A stretch of DNA of 64,000 nt. Origin: a virus. Its lineage: Duplodnaviria; Caudoviricetes. The first letter of the stretch is position 1, and each line of letters starts with the position of its first letter. The stretch is taken from the IMG/VR virus record IMGVR_UViG_2974668611_000001, positions 1-64,000 of that record; one strand, given 5' to 3'. The notes beneath the pieces were generated by a model. That model was not told the origin of the DNA. It was given only the letters and a program-made list of their open reading frames with translations, and searched no databases. The position numbers and the translations under genes were made by a program. Positions 7,934 through 17,070 of this stretch are shown one piece after another.

Positions 7934-9646
7934 ATGTTGAAAAATAAAGAAATTTTCGACCACCCAGCGTATCAGTATGCTCTAAAAGTTCATAATGGGG
8001 AAACTCTGGCTAATAAAGATGTTAAAATCGTTGCCGACAGGTTTATCAAAGAGGTTAACGACAGTCTTAGTGGCAAGGGTGACTACTATTTTGATATTAA
8101 CGCGCTTAATCGTGTTTCAAAACTATTAAAATTAATTATTATGGCAACTGGCCCACGTCGTGGTCAGAGTGCATATGACTCACTGGCTGGTTTTCAGTGG
8201 TTTTTCTTTGTTAACATCTTTTGTTGGCGTCATAAAGAGAATCACAAGCTGAGAAGATACCAAACAGCAACAATGTTAATTCCACGTAAGAATGGTAAGA
8301 CCTTCATTTCTGCTGTTATTTTCATTTTGTTGCTTATCTTAGAGCCAAAATATTCAAAGTTTTACTCTGTGGCACCAGATTTAGAGTTATCTTCAATGTT
8401 AAAGACACAAATTGACTCATTAATTGATGGTTCGCCTGAATTAGCACGATTTTTTAAGGTTAACAACAAGGATATTACGTGTTTGTTGACTAAAAATAGC
8501 TATAAACCACTAGCTAACAGTAATAATCGTCTTGACGCGCGTGAACCAGTAGCATTTTTGGCCGATGAAGTTGGGGCTTTGCCTAATAGCTACCCAATTA
8601 ACGCCATGAAGTCTGGTCAGACGTTGGTTGATAACCCGTTGGGTATTATCATCTCAACTGCCTACGATTCTCTCGACAATCCAATGACACAAGAAATTCA
8701 ACGTGCCACTGACAAGATTACTGACGGAGAACTGTATGACCCAACGTATTTTGCGTTGATTTATAGGCCAGATAAGCCTAAAGAGTGGGCCACAAACGAT
8801 GAAGAATTGATAAAAGTCAACCCACTATCACAAGAAATACCAAAAGTCAAAGAACGTTTATTAAACGAGCGAGAAGACGCCGTTAATTATGAAGATAAGC
8901 GTCAAAACTTCTTAACAAAGTACATGAACATCTTCGTTGATGGTGATGAAGGTGAGCAATTTACGACCGAAAGTGAGCTTGATAGAGCCGAATTACCACA
9001 AGGACTTGATTGGTATGGCCGTGATGTATTCGTGGGCCTTGACTTTGCCGAAAGTCATGATAACTTTGGTTTAGCCATGGTTACATTTGATGAAGGACAC
9101 CAAAAGTACGTTGCTAAAGCATGGTCGTTTTTCCCAGCAGACCGAATGGTTGCTAAAACAAAGGTTGAAGGCTGGGATTACCAACACTCCGAAAATGAAG
9201 GTTGGGGGTTCTCTTCTGGTCATGAAACAATTGATTATGGTTTTGTGGAAGATTTCTTCTACAATATCGAATCAAAGTATGGTGTTAAGATTAAAGGATT
9301 CGGTTACGATAAGTGGAATGCACGTTCTACGGTCGCTAAGTTTATTACCAGTGGCTATGATGGTGTTGAAATTCAACAGAATCCACGTGGGTTATATCCA
9401 GGGACAAAGCTTCTACGTGAAGCCTTGCAGAACGGAAACTTTGCGTATGATAAAAATGATATGCTACGTCAGAACTTCTTAAACGCTAAGATGGTCACTG
9501 ATAGTAATTTATCATACTTTTTAAACAAGAAAAAGTCAAGCGGCAAGATTGATATGGCCGCCGCGGTTGTTGACGCCATGTCGTTGTGGGAGATTGAAGA
9601 ATTCTCAAACATTATGGGTGGTGCAAGCAACATCACATTACTTTAA
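7934..9646 (+). CDS. terL: Terminase large subunit (HK97/Terminase_1 type)
   Basis: Walker A IPRKNGKT, Walker B FLADEV, nuclease GLDFA and KIDMAAA motifs. Confidence 0.95.
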   Translation: MLKNKEIFDHPAYQYALKVHNGETLANKDVKIVADRFIKEVNDSLSGKGDYYFDINALNRVSKLLKLIIMATGPRRGQSAYDSLAGFQWFFFVNIFCWRHKENHKLRRYQTATMLIPRKNGKTFISAVIFILLLILEPKYSKFYSVAPDLELSSMLKTQIDSLIDGSPELARFFKVNNKDITCLLTKNSYKPLANSNNRLDAREPVAFLADEVGALPNSYPINAMKSGQTLVDNPLGIIISTAYDSLDNPMTQEIQRATDKITDGELYDPTYFALIYRPDKPKEWATNDEELIKVNPLSQEIPKVKERLLNEREDAVNYEDKRQNFLTKYMNIFVDGDEGEQFTTESELDRAELPQGLDWYGRDVFVGLDFAESHDNFGLAMVTFDEGHQKYVAKAWSFFPADRMVAKTKVEGWDYQHSENEGWGFSSGHETIDYGFVEDFFYNIESKYGVKIKGFGYDKWNARSTVAKFITSGYDGVEIQQNPRGLYPGTKLLREALQNGNFAYDKNDMLRQNFLNAKMVTDSNLSYFLNKKKSSGKIDMAAAVVDAMSLWEIEEFSNIMGGASNITLL

Positions 9647-9661
9647 AAGGGGTGAGTTTAA

Positions 9662-11137
9662 ATCGCTAATAAAAATAATAAATGGTCTTTGAAGAGTATC
9701 TTCAAAATTCCATTTAGCCAGCAACAGCCGGGGCAAGATAGTCGTGGCGGTACTTTTGTTCGTTCACAGACTGGTACAGGGCCGTTAGCCTTCACGGGTG
9801 ACGATACACCTATCACAGAAGATACGGTTATGGAGATTCCGGCGTTCAGTGCGGCGTTAGCGTTGGTTGCTGACACGGTAGCTTCTCTCGACATTTTGTT
9901 GATGAAGACAAGTGACCAAGGTGTCCCACTTCCTGTTAAAGATGACGAACGAGTATTAATGCTTAATAAGCAAGCGAACGAGGAGATGTCCGCTTTCACG
10001 TATAAGCGTTCAGTTGTTAAAGACTTGTTACTATACGGTCGTTCGCTAACTTACATTGAACGAACTGGCAAAAACAAGATTAATGCTATTTATCCTTTAG
10101 CTTCTCGTTATGTTACTACCGAAGTTTATACTTATGGTGGTTATAAATATTATGGTGTTTATACCTATAACTCAGAAGCTGGTTCATTTGAATACGATGA
10201 AGAAGACCTAATGAATGTAATCTCGGATTCACAAGACGGTATTACAGCAGATGGTATTATGGCAAACTATACCGGGACGCTTCAATTAGCATTAGCGCAA
10301 CGTGATTATGAAAAAAATCTATTGTCTAACGGTGCGGTTCCTGTTGGTGCTGTGCGTTCTGATAGAGCAGTAGCACCTGAAATCCTTGATAAATTAAAGG
10401 AACAGTTCGCCTCATCTTATTCTGGTGCGGGTAATTCTGGTAAGACGCTATTCCTAGAAGGTGGCTTGTCTTATCAACAGATTAGTACGAACCCAGACAA
10501 TATGCAATTGGACTCTAGTAAGAAGAGCATGTTAGGTGAAATTGCTCGTATGTTTAACTTACCAGAAACACTTATTAACGCTAGTGCTAATAAGTATAAC
10601 TCTAATGAGCAGAACAACCTGCAATTCTTCCAATATTGTTTAAAGCCAATTTTATCAAGTTTTGAAGCCGCAATCAACAAGGAATTGTTGTTGGAATCTG
10701 AAAAAGATGAAGGTTACTTCTTCAAGTTTGATACAGACACTATTATGCAAAATACCTTCAAAGAAAAGGTCGCCGCATATGGTGCTTTATACAAGCAAGG
10801 ACTTATTAGTTATGATGAATTTCGTAACAAGTTTGGCTTTAGCAATATCGAAGGGGAAGACTTTATTAACCTTAGCCTTGGTTCTGTTCTTTACTATCCT
10901 AAGACTGGTGAAATGAAGATTCCTAACTTAGGTATCGCTGGAGGTGCTGACGTTGCCGGACAGGATTCAGGAGACCCTACACAGGTTACTCCTAAGAATC
11001 AACCAATCGGTACCATCACCCCAAACAAGAAGCCGGGAGAAAAGCAAGGTATTCAAAAAGCTCCTAACCAAAAGAATCAAGATGACAGCCATCAAACAAA
11101 GGCTGATAATAATGTGTTAGGAGGTAATGACAATTAA
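9662..11137 (+). CDS. Portal protein (HK97 family)
   Basis: EIARMFNLP, NSNEQNNLQF, F-K-F-D motifs; position after terL. Track start is TTG 9689; the SD favours ATC 9662. Confidence 0.93.
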   Translation: MANKNNKWSLKSIFKIPFSQQQPGQDSRGGTFVRSQTGTGPLAFTGDDTPITEDTVMEIPAFSAALALVADTVASLDILLMKTSDQGVPLPVKDDERVLMLNKQANEEMSAFTYKRSVVKDLLLYGRSLTYIERTGKNKINAIYPLASRYVTTEVYTYGGYKYYGVYTYNSEAGSFEYDEEDLMNVISDSQDGITADGIMANYTGTLQLALAQRDYEKNLLSNGAVPVGAVRSDRAVAPEILDKLKEQFASSYSGAGNSGKTLFLEGGLSYQQISTNPDNMQLDSSKKSMLGEIARMFNLPETLINASANKYNSNEQNNLQFFQYCLKPILSSFEAAINKELLLESEKDEGYFFKFDTDTIMQNTFKEKVAAYGALYKQGLISYDEFRNKFGFSNIEGEDFINLSLGSVLYYPKTGEMKIPNLGIAGGADVAGQDSGDPTQVTPKNQPIGTITPNKKPGEKQGIQKAPNQKNQDDSHQTKADNNVLGGNDN

Positions 11138-12236
11138 GCAAAAAGAATTACGAACACTTAGTTTCGAGACGCGAGATTTGTCTTTTGATGATAAATCTTT
11201 AAAGGTCTCTGGATATGTTAACAAAGCTGGCTCTTACAGTCAGGTGATGTCCGCTGACGGTACCCCGTTTCGTGAAACTATTTTACCACAAGCGTTTGTT
11301 GAAGCTGTTGCAACAGAAGACCCAATTGATTTTTATGCAGAGCATGACGACCAAAAGTTGCTTGCAACAACTGTCAATCATTCATTAACGCTACGTGCAG
11401 ACGATAACGGTCTGTATATGGAAGCACAAATCTTAGATACGAATGATGGTCGTGACACGTATGAGCTTATTAAAAGCGGTGTTATTACGAGTATGAGTTT
11501 CGGATTTATTGTTCTTGATGATGATTGGGACATGACAGGTGGTACGTTCGATGATGGTATTCCATTAAGGACTGTCAAAGAAATCATTTTGAAAGAAGTA
11601 TCTGCGGTACGTTTTCCTGCCTATCTAAGTTCTAGCATTGAAGCTCGTGGTATTCAGGAGCTAAAGAAGCTTGAACACAGAGGTATTAATAGCGTATCGG
11701 AAGTTGTTAATATTAAGGAGGGAAACGAATTGGAATTACGAGACGTAGAAACTAAGGAATTATTTGCTGAGCTAGAACGGCGCGCAAAGCTTCCTGCAAA
11801 TGAAGTTATTGTAAAGCCTGCTAAGCGTGATGATGAACCAGATGATACTAGTGAAACACAGGTGGCGTCTGAAACAGATGTCACTGCCTTGTCTCCAGCG
11901 AGTCAAATTGATGTTGACGAATTAGCTAAGCAAATTATTGCTTCTGTATTAGATGGGCTTCAAACTTCATTAGCACAACGTGATGGTGAGGAAGATGTTC
12001 CTGAACCAGATGGTTCTGACATGGCGACAGATGACGACACTGAAACTGACTCAATGAAGCCAGCTAAGGGTGCTAAGTCTGGTGAAAAACGTGATGACGA
12101 ATCAGACGATACTGACGAATCCGATGATGACACTGAAACTGATTCTAAGACCAGCAAGAAAGCTTCTAAGAGTGCTGAAAAGCGCAGTATGGAAGCACGG
12201 GAATTATTGAAACAAATTAACGATTTGGAGGTCTAA
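11127..12236 (+). CDS. Prohead protease (HK97-type) with acidic C-terminal extension
   Basis: FRETILPQAF, EHD, SMSFGF, EVSAVRFPAY motifs. Confidence 0.92.
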   Translation: MTIKQKELRTLSFETRDLSFDDKSLKVSGYVNKAGSYSQVMSADGTPFRETILPQAFVEAVATEDPIDFYAEHDDQKLLATTVNHSLTLRADDNGLYMEAQILDTNDGRDTYELIKSGVITSMSFGFIVLDDDWDMTGGTFDDGIPLRTVKEIILKEVSAVRFPAYLSSSIEARGIQELKKLEHRGINSVSEVVNIKEGNELELRDVETKELFAELERRAKLPANEVIVKPAKRDDEPDDTSETQVASETDVTALSPASQIDVDELAKQIIASVLDGLQTSLAQRDGEEDVPEPDGSDMATDDDTETDSMKPAKGAKSGEKRDDESDDTDESDDDTETDSKTSKKASKSAEKRSMEARELLKQINDLEV

Positions 12237-12239
12237 TTA

Positions 12240-13526
12240 ATGAAGACAAAAAAGGGTTTGCTTGAAAAGCGTTCAGCATTAAAAGGTAAGCTGGACGAAT
12301 TCAAGCCTGCTATTGAAGATGGTACCGTTACTGACGCGCAATTAGAAGAAATGCGTTCTATCAAGTCAGACATTGTATCAGTTAACGATGAAATTGCAAA
12401 TTTAGATGAACAACGGCATAATGCCGTACCTACAAAAGATGAAACTAGGGGTGCTGAAAAGATGGATAAAGATTTGAAGAAATTAGAAAAGCGCGCGGCC
12501 GCTGACCTATTCCGTAACAAATTGCGGGACAGCAAGGCAGTTCATGACTACCTTGAAGTTGCAAAGGAACATGACAAGGACGTTGACGTAGAAGACCGCG
12601 CCTTACAAGACAACGGTTTATCATGGGGCAACGCCGTAAACGGCACCGCTTCTGACGGTGGTGTTGTTATTCCCACCACTGTTTCCGATACTATTATTGA
12701 AAAGTTACAAGAAACTTCTCCAGTGTTTGCATTGGCTAACAAGCTGGGTTCAATCACTGGTAACTTGCGGGTAGCTCGCGAAACTGACAACTCTGATGAT
12801 GGTTTCGTTGGTGAACTTGAAGAAGTCAAGGCACAAACCCCAACTTTGAAATACGTTGAATTAACGCAAAAGCGTGTCGGTGCCTCAATGCAACTATCTA
12901 ACATGATGATTAATGACGGTGCGCCTGACATCGTTAGCTACGCCGTTGGTCGTTTGGGTCGTTCATTAGGTAAGGCCATCGAACGTGCCGTATTAGTTGG
13001 CGCTAAGACTGGTGAAGACGCTACGAAGACTTTCAAACCAGTTGTTGGTGGTGATGGTGTCCAAACTGTTACTTTGGCTGGTGCAACTCCTACGTTAGAC
13101 GAATTAATTGGTTTAACGACTGCACTTAACCCTGCATACTTGGGACAAGCCGTATTCGTTATGTCTCGTGAAGCATTCAACGCTGTATCTAAGTTGAAGG
13201 ACGATGACAACGAACACTTAATCTTCAAGCCACAAATGCAAACTGCTATTGCGGGTGCTGTTGGTGTTCGTCCAGGATACTCATTCCAAGGTATTCCTGT
13301 ATTTGTATCTGACCAACTTAACGGCAACGCTAATGGCCAAATCGTGTTAGGTAACTTTAACGCTGGTTACACTATTATGACTAAGCAAGGTTTGCGGTTA
13401 ACTCACGTTACGGCTGATACGCAACAGGCACTTGCTGGTGGTCACTTAGTCGTTCTTGATGGTTACATGGACGGTGCTGTTACGAACCCTGACGCATTCG
13501 TGGTTGCTAAGCCTGCGAGTAAGTAA
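12240..13526 (+). CDS. Major capsid protein (HK97 fold, N-terminal delta domain)
   Basis: Coiled-coil N-terminus, GGVVIPTTVSDTIIE, VGEL, GIPV, GNF and DG..TNPDAF motifs. Confidence 0.95.
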   Translation: MKTKKGLLEKRSALKGKLDEFKPAIEDGTVTDAQLEEMRSIKSDIVSVNDEIANLDEQRHNAVPTKDETRGAEKMDKDLKKLEKRAAADLFRNKLRDSKAVHDYLEVAKEHDKDVDVEDRALQDNGLSWGNAVNGTASDGGVVIPTTVSDTIIEKLQETSPVFALANKLGSITGNLRVARETDNSDDGFVGELEEVKAQTPTLKYVELTQKRVGASMQLSNMMINDGAPDIVSYAVGRLGRSLGKAIERAVLVGAKTGEDATKTFKPVVGGDGVQTVTLAGATPTLDELIGLTTALNPAYLGQAVFVMSREAFNAVSKLKDDDNEHLIFKPQMQTAIAGAVGVRPGYSFQGIPVFVSDQLNGNANGQIVLGNFNAGYTIMTKQGLRLTHVTADTQQALAGGHLVVLDGYMDGAVTNPDAFVVAKPASK

Positions 13527-13590
13527 TCCGGCGCCAACGGTCACTAACGTTACCCCTGACGTGAATAGTGCTACGGTGGTAGCTAAGTAA
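13525..13590 (+). other. +1-frame C-terminal extension of major capsid protein (NPAPTVTNVTPDVNSATVVAK*)
   Basis: Open in the +1 frame across the MCP stop, with no start codon or SD of its own; homologous to the tail extension at 16315-16386. Confidence 0.7.
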
Positions 13591-13656
13591 TAAATCCGAT
13601 TATTAACCTCCTCGTTTGAGGAGGTGTACATACCTACATGATAGGAGGGAATACTA

Positions 13657-14115
13657 TTGGCACAAAACTTTGATATTTACGATGACAAAGATGAAAAGAT
13701 TGTAACCAATCAACCATCTCCAGTTGTAATCTCAGATTTAAACCCGGCTACTAAGTATTCTGGTTATAAGATTGCTTATACTGGTAAAGATTCAAAGACA
13801 ACGATTGATGATTTTACAACCACCAACCAAGTACCTGGTAAGCCAACATTGATGGCTAAGGCTGGCGACGGCAAGATTGATGTTATCTTCACCGATGGTG
13901 CAAACCTAGGTACAGTAGTTACTAAGCGTACTGTTTACTGGAAGTCAGCAGACGGTAAGACTGGTACGGCTGATTTGGGTCAAACTTCTAGCGGTTCAGT
14001 TGACGGTTTGACGAACGGTACAGAATATACCTTGCAAGGTGTATGTACAAACGCCGCTGGTGACTCTGAAAAGTCAGATGAAGTAACAGCTACTCCAGTT
14101 TCAGCGGCTGGATAA
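13657..14115 (+). CDS. Fibronectin type III (Ig-like) virion decoration protein: truncated FN3 plus complete FN3
   Basis: ISDLNPATKY and VDGLTNGTEYTLQGVCTNAAGDSEKS FN3 signatures; AGGAGG SD with TTG start. Confidence 0.85.
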   Translation: MAQNFDIYDDKDEKIVTNQPSPVVISDLNPATKYSGYKIAYTGKDSKTTIDDFTTTNQVPGKPTLMAKAGDGKIDVIFTDGANLGTVVTKRTVYWKSADGKTGTADLGQTSSGSVDGLTNGTEYTLQGVCTNAAGDSEKSDEVTATPVSAAG

Positions 14116-14152
14116 CTCTACCCCATTTTGGGGTACATAGGAGGTGTGATAG

Positions 14153-14440
14153 ATGTCAGTGACCGTTAATGATTTTAAAAACCAAATTAACGCAGATTCA
14201 GATGAAGATGTTGATTTATATTTTAACCATGCTGTTGATTACGTTAATTTTTATGTATCAAAAATTACAGGTCAGTTCGCTGGTGAACGTGAAAAACAAT
14301 TTGAGTCTACCATAGATAGAGCTATATTGGAAGTAGCCACAACCTTGTATCTAAAGCGTGATGGTGCACCTGTCAGTGGCACTATTAATTCCTCATCACT
14401 AGAAACCATTATTAATTATGGCAGGAACTTTTCCATTTAG
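14153..14440 (+). CDS. Head-tail connector (gp6/gp15-like)
   Basis: AVDYV..Y...RAILEVATTLYLKR pattern; synteny. Confidence 0.8.
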   Translation: MSVTVNDFKNQINADSDEDVDLYFNHAVDYVNFYVSKITGQFAGEREKQFESTIDRAILEVATTLYLKRDGAPVSGTINSSSLETIINYGRNFSI

Positions 14441-14452
14441 TGAGGTGAGAAA

Positions 14453-14881
14453 ATGGCAAATAAGGTTGACCTATGGCGTTACAAAGAGAAGTTAGAGCTT
14501 GGCACAAATGAATCATGGAAAGAGCTAGATAACGGGAATATTATTAACTCTGGAGCTGACATTAATGACGATACATTTGATGTTAAGTATACTTTTCATT
14601 GCGCGCAATATCGGGTATCAGATAGAAATATTACGAGTGTTAACGGAATGGACGACGAAAACACACTTGTAGTTGCCGTTAAACACAGGCCAAACTTTGA
14701 TTACGATAGTTATCGGGCAAGGTTTAGGAAAAAATATTATATTGTAACCTATATTGTACCAGATACCGCCGCAATTGTGTCATATGATTTATTATCATTG
14801 AAATCAGTTATTAAAAACGGCGGTTCATCTGGTGTGTCTGGCACTTCAAGTTATGGAGGGGGCGATTCATATGGCGATTAA
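14453..14881 (+). CDS. Head closure / head-tail adaptor protein
   Basis: Synteny, beta-rich sequence, VVAVKH...YDLLSLK as in LAB phage homologs. Confidence 0.7.
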   Translation: MANKVDLWRYKEKLELGTNESWKELDNGNIINSGADINDDTFDVKYTFHCAQYRVSDRNITSVNGMDDENTLVVAVKHRPNFDYDSYRARFRKKYYIVTYIVPDTAAIVSYDLLSLKSVIKNGGSSGVSGTSSYGGGDSYGD

Positions 14882-15323
14882 TAAGAAATTGGTTACTACC
14901 GGCTTAGGTTCGATTGAGGTAACTGGCGAAGACGAGTTGCTTAAACAGTTAGACAAATTTAAATTATCTCGTAAGGAACGTTCAGCTATTGTTGAAGCCG
15001 CTATTCCAATTGCCGAAAAGCACCTATATGATAGCACACCTTATGATGAATTTGAAGATGTTCAGAACAAAAAACTATATGGTAAGTCGATTGGTCATTT
15101 AAGAGACCATATCACACATAAGCCAAACCAATTTATTGACGGTGGTACTGAATTAGGATTTGAGCAAAAAGCTTATCCTATTGCTGTCTGGACTGACTGG
15201 GGGACATATCGTCAACCAGCACAGTTTTGGTTTGAGAAGTCCATTGAAACTATGCCATACGACCAAATCTTTGCTGCACAAACTCAAACAGCCAAGGCTA
15301 TTTTAAAGGCAAAGGGGTTGTAA
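14871..15323 (+). CDS. HK97 gp10-like tail-completion/neck protein
   Basis: GHLRDHI...WTDWGTYRQPAQFWFE motif; GGAGGGG SD before ATG 14871. Confidence 0.8.
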   Translation: MAINKKLVTTGLGSIEVTGEDELLKQLDKFKLSRKERSAIVEAAIPIAEKHLYDSTPYDEFEDVQNKKLYGKSIGHLRDHITHKPNQFIDGGTELGFEQKAYPIAVWTDWGTYRQPAQFWFEKSIETMPYDQIFAAQTQTAKAILKAKGL

Positions 15324-15326
15324 GAT

Positions 15327-15704
15327 TTGATTTCAAACGACGTAAAACAATTAATTAGAGACGCCAATATTGACGGAATTGACCCAAAATATGTCTTTGC
15401 ATATGCTCTTCCTGATAATATTAAGGCGGCAGTTCAGAATAAAATAGTGATTTTAGTTAACGATATTTCACGCATTCCTAGTAAATTTGGTAGCGATGAT
15501 ATTATTGCTGATGACGGTACGGTACAAGTACAGTTCTTTTATCCACTAAGTATTGACGGAGACGTTACAGCGTTGTATGAGCACCCTGTGCGCAACATGT
15601 TGCGTGACAATGGTTGGTATCAGACAATCGGTGGCGGAATTGACCGTGAACCAAACACTTCACAACTTTATTCAACTTATCATTTTAAGAAAACCATTTA
15701 TTAA
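15327..15704 (+). CDS. Tail terminator protein (DUF806-like)
   Basis: VQVQFFY...GWYQ pattern; immediately before major tail protein. Confidence 0.75.
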   Translation: MISNDVKQLIRDANIDGIDPKYVFAYALPDNIKAAVQNKIVILVNDISRIPSKFGSDDIIADDGTVQVQFFYPLSIDGDVTALYEHPVRNMLRDNGWYQTIGGGIDREPNTSQLYSTYHFKKTIY

Positions 15705-15722
15705 AGAAAGAGGTAATTACTA

Positions 15723-16334
15723 ATGGCAAAAACCAAAGGTATTGACAGCGCCCGGCTTGCTATCTTTAAGCAAGACGCTGAAACGGTTGACCTAACAAAT
15801 ACGGCAATCGGGGCAACGGGTGTTTATAAATTAGACGAAAAGACCGCACAAGGTATGACGGTCGGTAACATTACTGGTCTTGCACCAACGATGACTAAGA
15901 TTTATGGTTCTGACATGGTTGTTGAAACTTCCGGTAAAGGTGTTGGCTCTGTTCAAGCGACTGTTGGTGCTAACGACATTCCAGAAGCAATTATTGACGC
16001 CATTACTGGTGTTGATAACACGCAAGGATTCTCTGTTGTTACGTCAGACACGCGTGCTCCATATTCAGTTATTGAATTTATTACGCACGGTCGTCTGAAT
16101 AACGTATTGCATTTTGCTTTGTTGAAAGGTACTTTCGGCCTTGAAGAACACAACATGCAAACGAACACTGAATCAGAACAGTTGGCACCAGACTCATTGA
16201 CGTTTACTGGTGTTAACCGCCAAGCTGATAAAGCCGCTTATGCTAAAGGTGACGAAGCCAACGAAACATTTAAGATTGATGATTGGACTAAATTTGTATT
16301 TCCTGGGTACACCCCCAGCGGAACCGGCGCCTAA
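15723..16334 (+). CDS. Major tail (tube) protein
   Basis: NITGLAP..TKIYGSD, APYS, ALLKGTF motifs typical of LAB siphophage MTPs. Confidence 0.9.
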   Translation: MAKTKGIDSARLAIFKQDAETVDLTNTAIGATGVYKLDEKTAQGMTVGNITGLAPTMTKIYGSDMVVETSGKGVGSVQATVGANDIPEAIIDAITGVDNTQGFSVVTSDTRAPYSVIEFITHGRLNNVLHFALLKGTFGLEEHNMQTNTESEQLAPDSLTFTGVNRQADKAAYAKGDEANETFKIDDWTKFVFPGYTPSGTGA

Positions 16335-16386
16335 GATTGCGTCGATAACCCCAAGTATAACAAGTGCTACTATCGTGGCAGAATAG
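16315..16386 (+). other. +1-frame C-terminal extension of major tail protein (PAEPAPKIASITPSITSATIVAE*)
   Basis: Entered by a +1 shift at ACC-CCC-AGC; homologous to the capsid extension. Confidence 0.75.
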
Positions 16387-16462
16387 TCTCTATGCGCCTC
16401 ATCGAGGGGCGCGTCTACATATCCAAAAATAAAATATTTAGATGAAAGACGAGGAGATTCAT

Positions 16463-16861
16463 ATGACTGTCAAAATCAATGCAAAAGATTTAGGAATTCG
16501 TAAGCCCGTTGAAGTAAACGAGACTAACAAGAACATTAAGAAAACATTAAAGGTGCAAATGAAGTTGGAAGCGTTAGGTAATATTGATGCCGAAAACATG
16601 ACCGATGAAGAAGCATACAGTTTGTTTATTAAGAACCAATATGAAGCAAACGAAGCAACCACCGAATATATTGCTGACCTTTTACGTTTATCAGAATCAC
16701 AAATTGATAAACTAGAAGACTTAGAATCAAGCAAGACCGATGAATTGTTTGCTCAAATCGTTCAAAAGATTATGCACATTGACCAGATTGTGGACGGTGA
16801 CGAAGACGACGGTACGCCCAGCGGAACCACAGACGTTTCAGGAGACGCTGGACGAGATTAA
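16463..16861 (+). CDS. Tail assembly chaperone (gpG-like)
   Basis: Between MTP and tape measure gene; GAGGAG SD before ATG 16463; acidic. Confidence 0.85.
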   Translation: MTVKINAKDLGIRKPVEVNETNKNIKKTLKVQMKLEALGNIDAENMTDEEAYSLFIKNQYEANEATTEYIADLLRLSESQIDKLEDLESSKTDELFAQIVQKIMHIDQIVDGDEDDGTPSGTTDVSGDAGRD

Positions 16862-17039
16862 TCGTCTCGAAAAAACACTGATTTCTCAAAACCAAGACAC
16901 ATTTAATAATTTAGAGGAAACTAACTATTTTGATTTATTAGAAACTCTATCTGTCGATGACGACGGTGGTGGTTCTGGTTCTGACGATAAAGTAGAGCCT
17001 TTAGGTTACTGGTTGGAAAATAACATTGCTGATAAGTGA
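16818..17039 (+). CDS. Frameshifted C-terminal part of tail assembly chaperone (gpGT-like), +1 frame
   Basis: Overlapping ORF PAEPQTFQETLDEINRLEK...LEETNYFDLLETL with no SD; CCC-AGC-GGA-ACC at 16817-16828. Confidence 0.75.
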   Translation, partial: PAEPQTFQETLDEINRLEKTLISQNQDTFNNLEETNYFDLLETLSVDDDGGGSGSDDKVEPLGYWLENNIADK

Positions 17040-17070
17040 TGTTATTGTTTTTTTTCTTGTTTTGTTGGTT

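Noticed and set aside
12447-12464. Internal SD-like AGGGGTG plus ATG (MDKDLKK) in the capsid gene
   Set aside because: Spacing is long and delta-domain removal is normally proteolytic; insufficient support.
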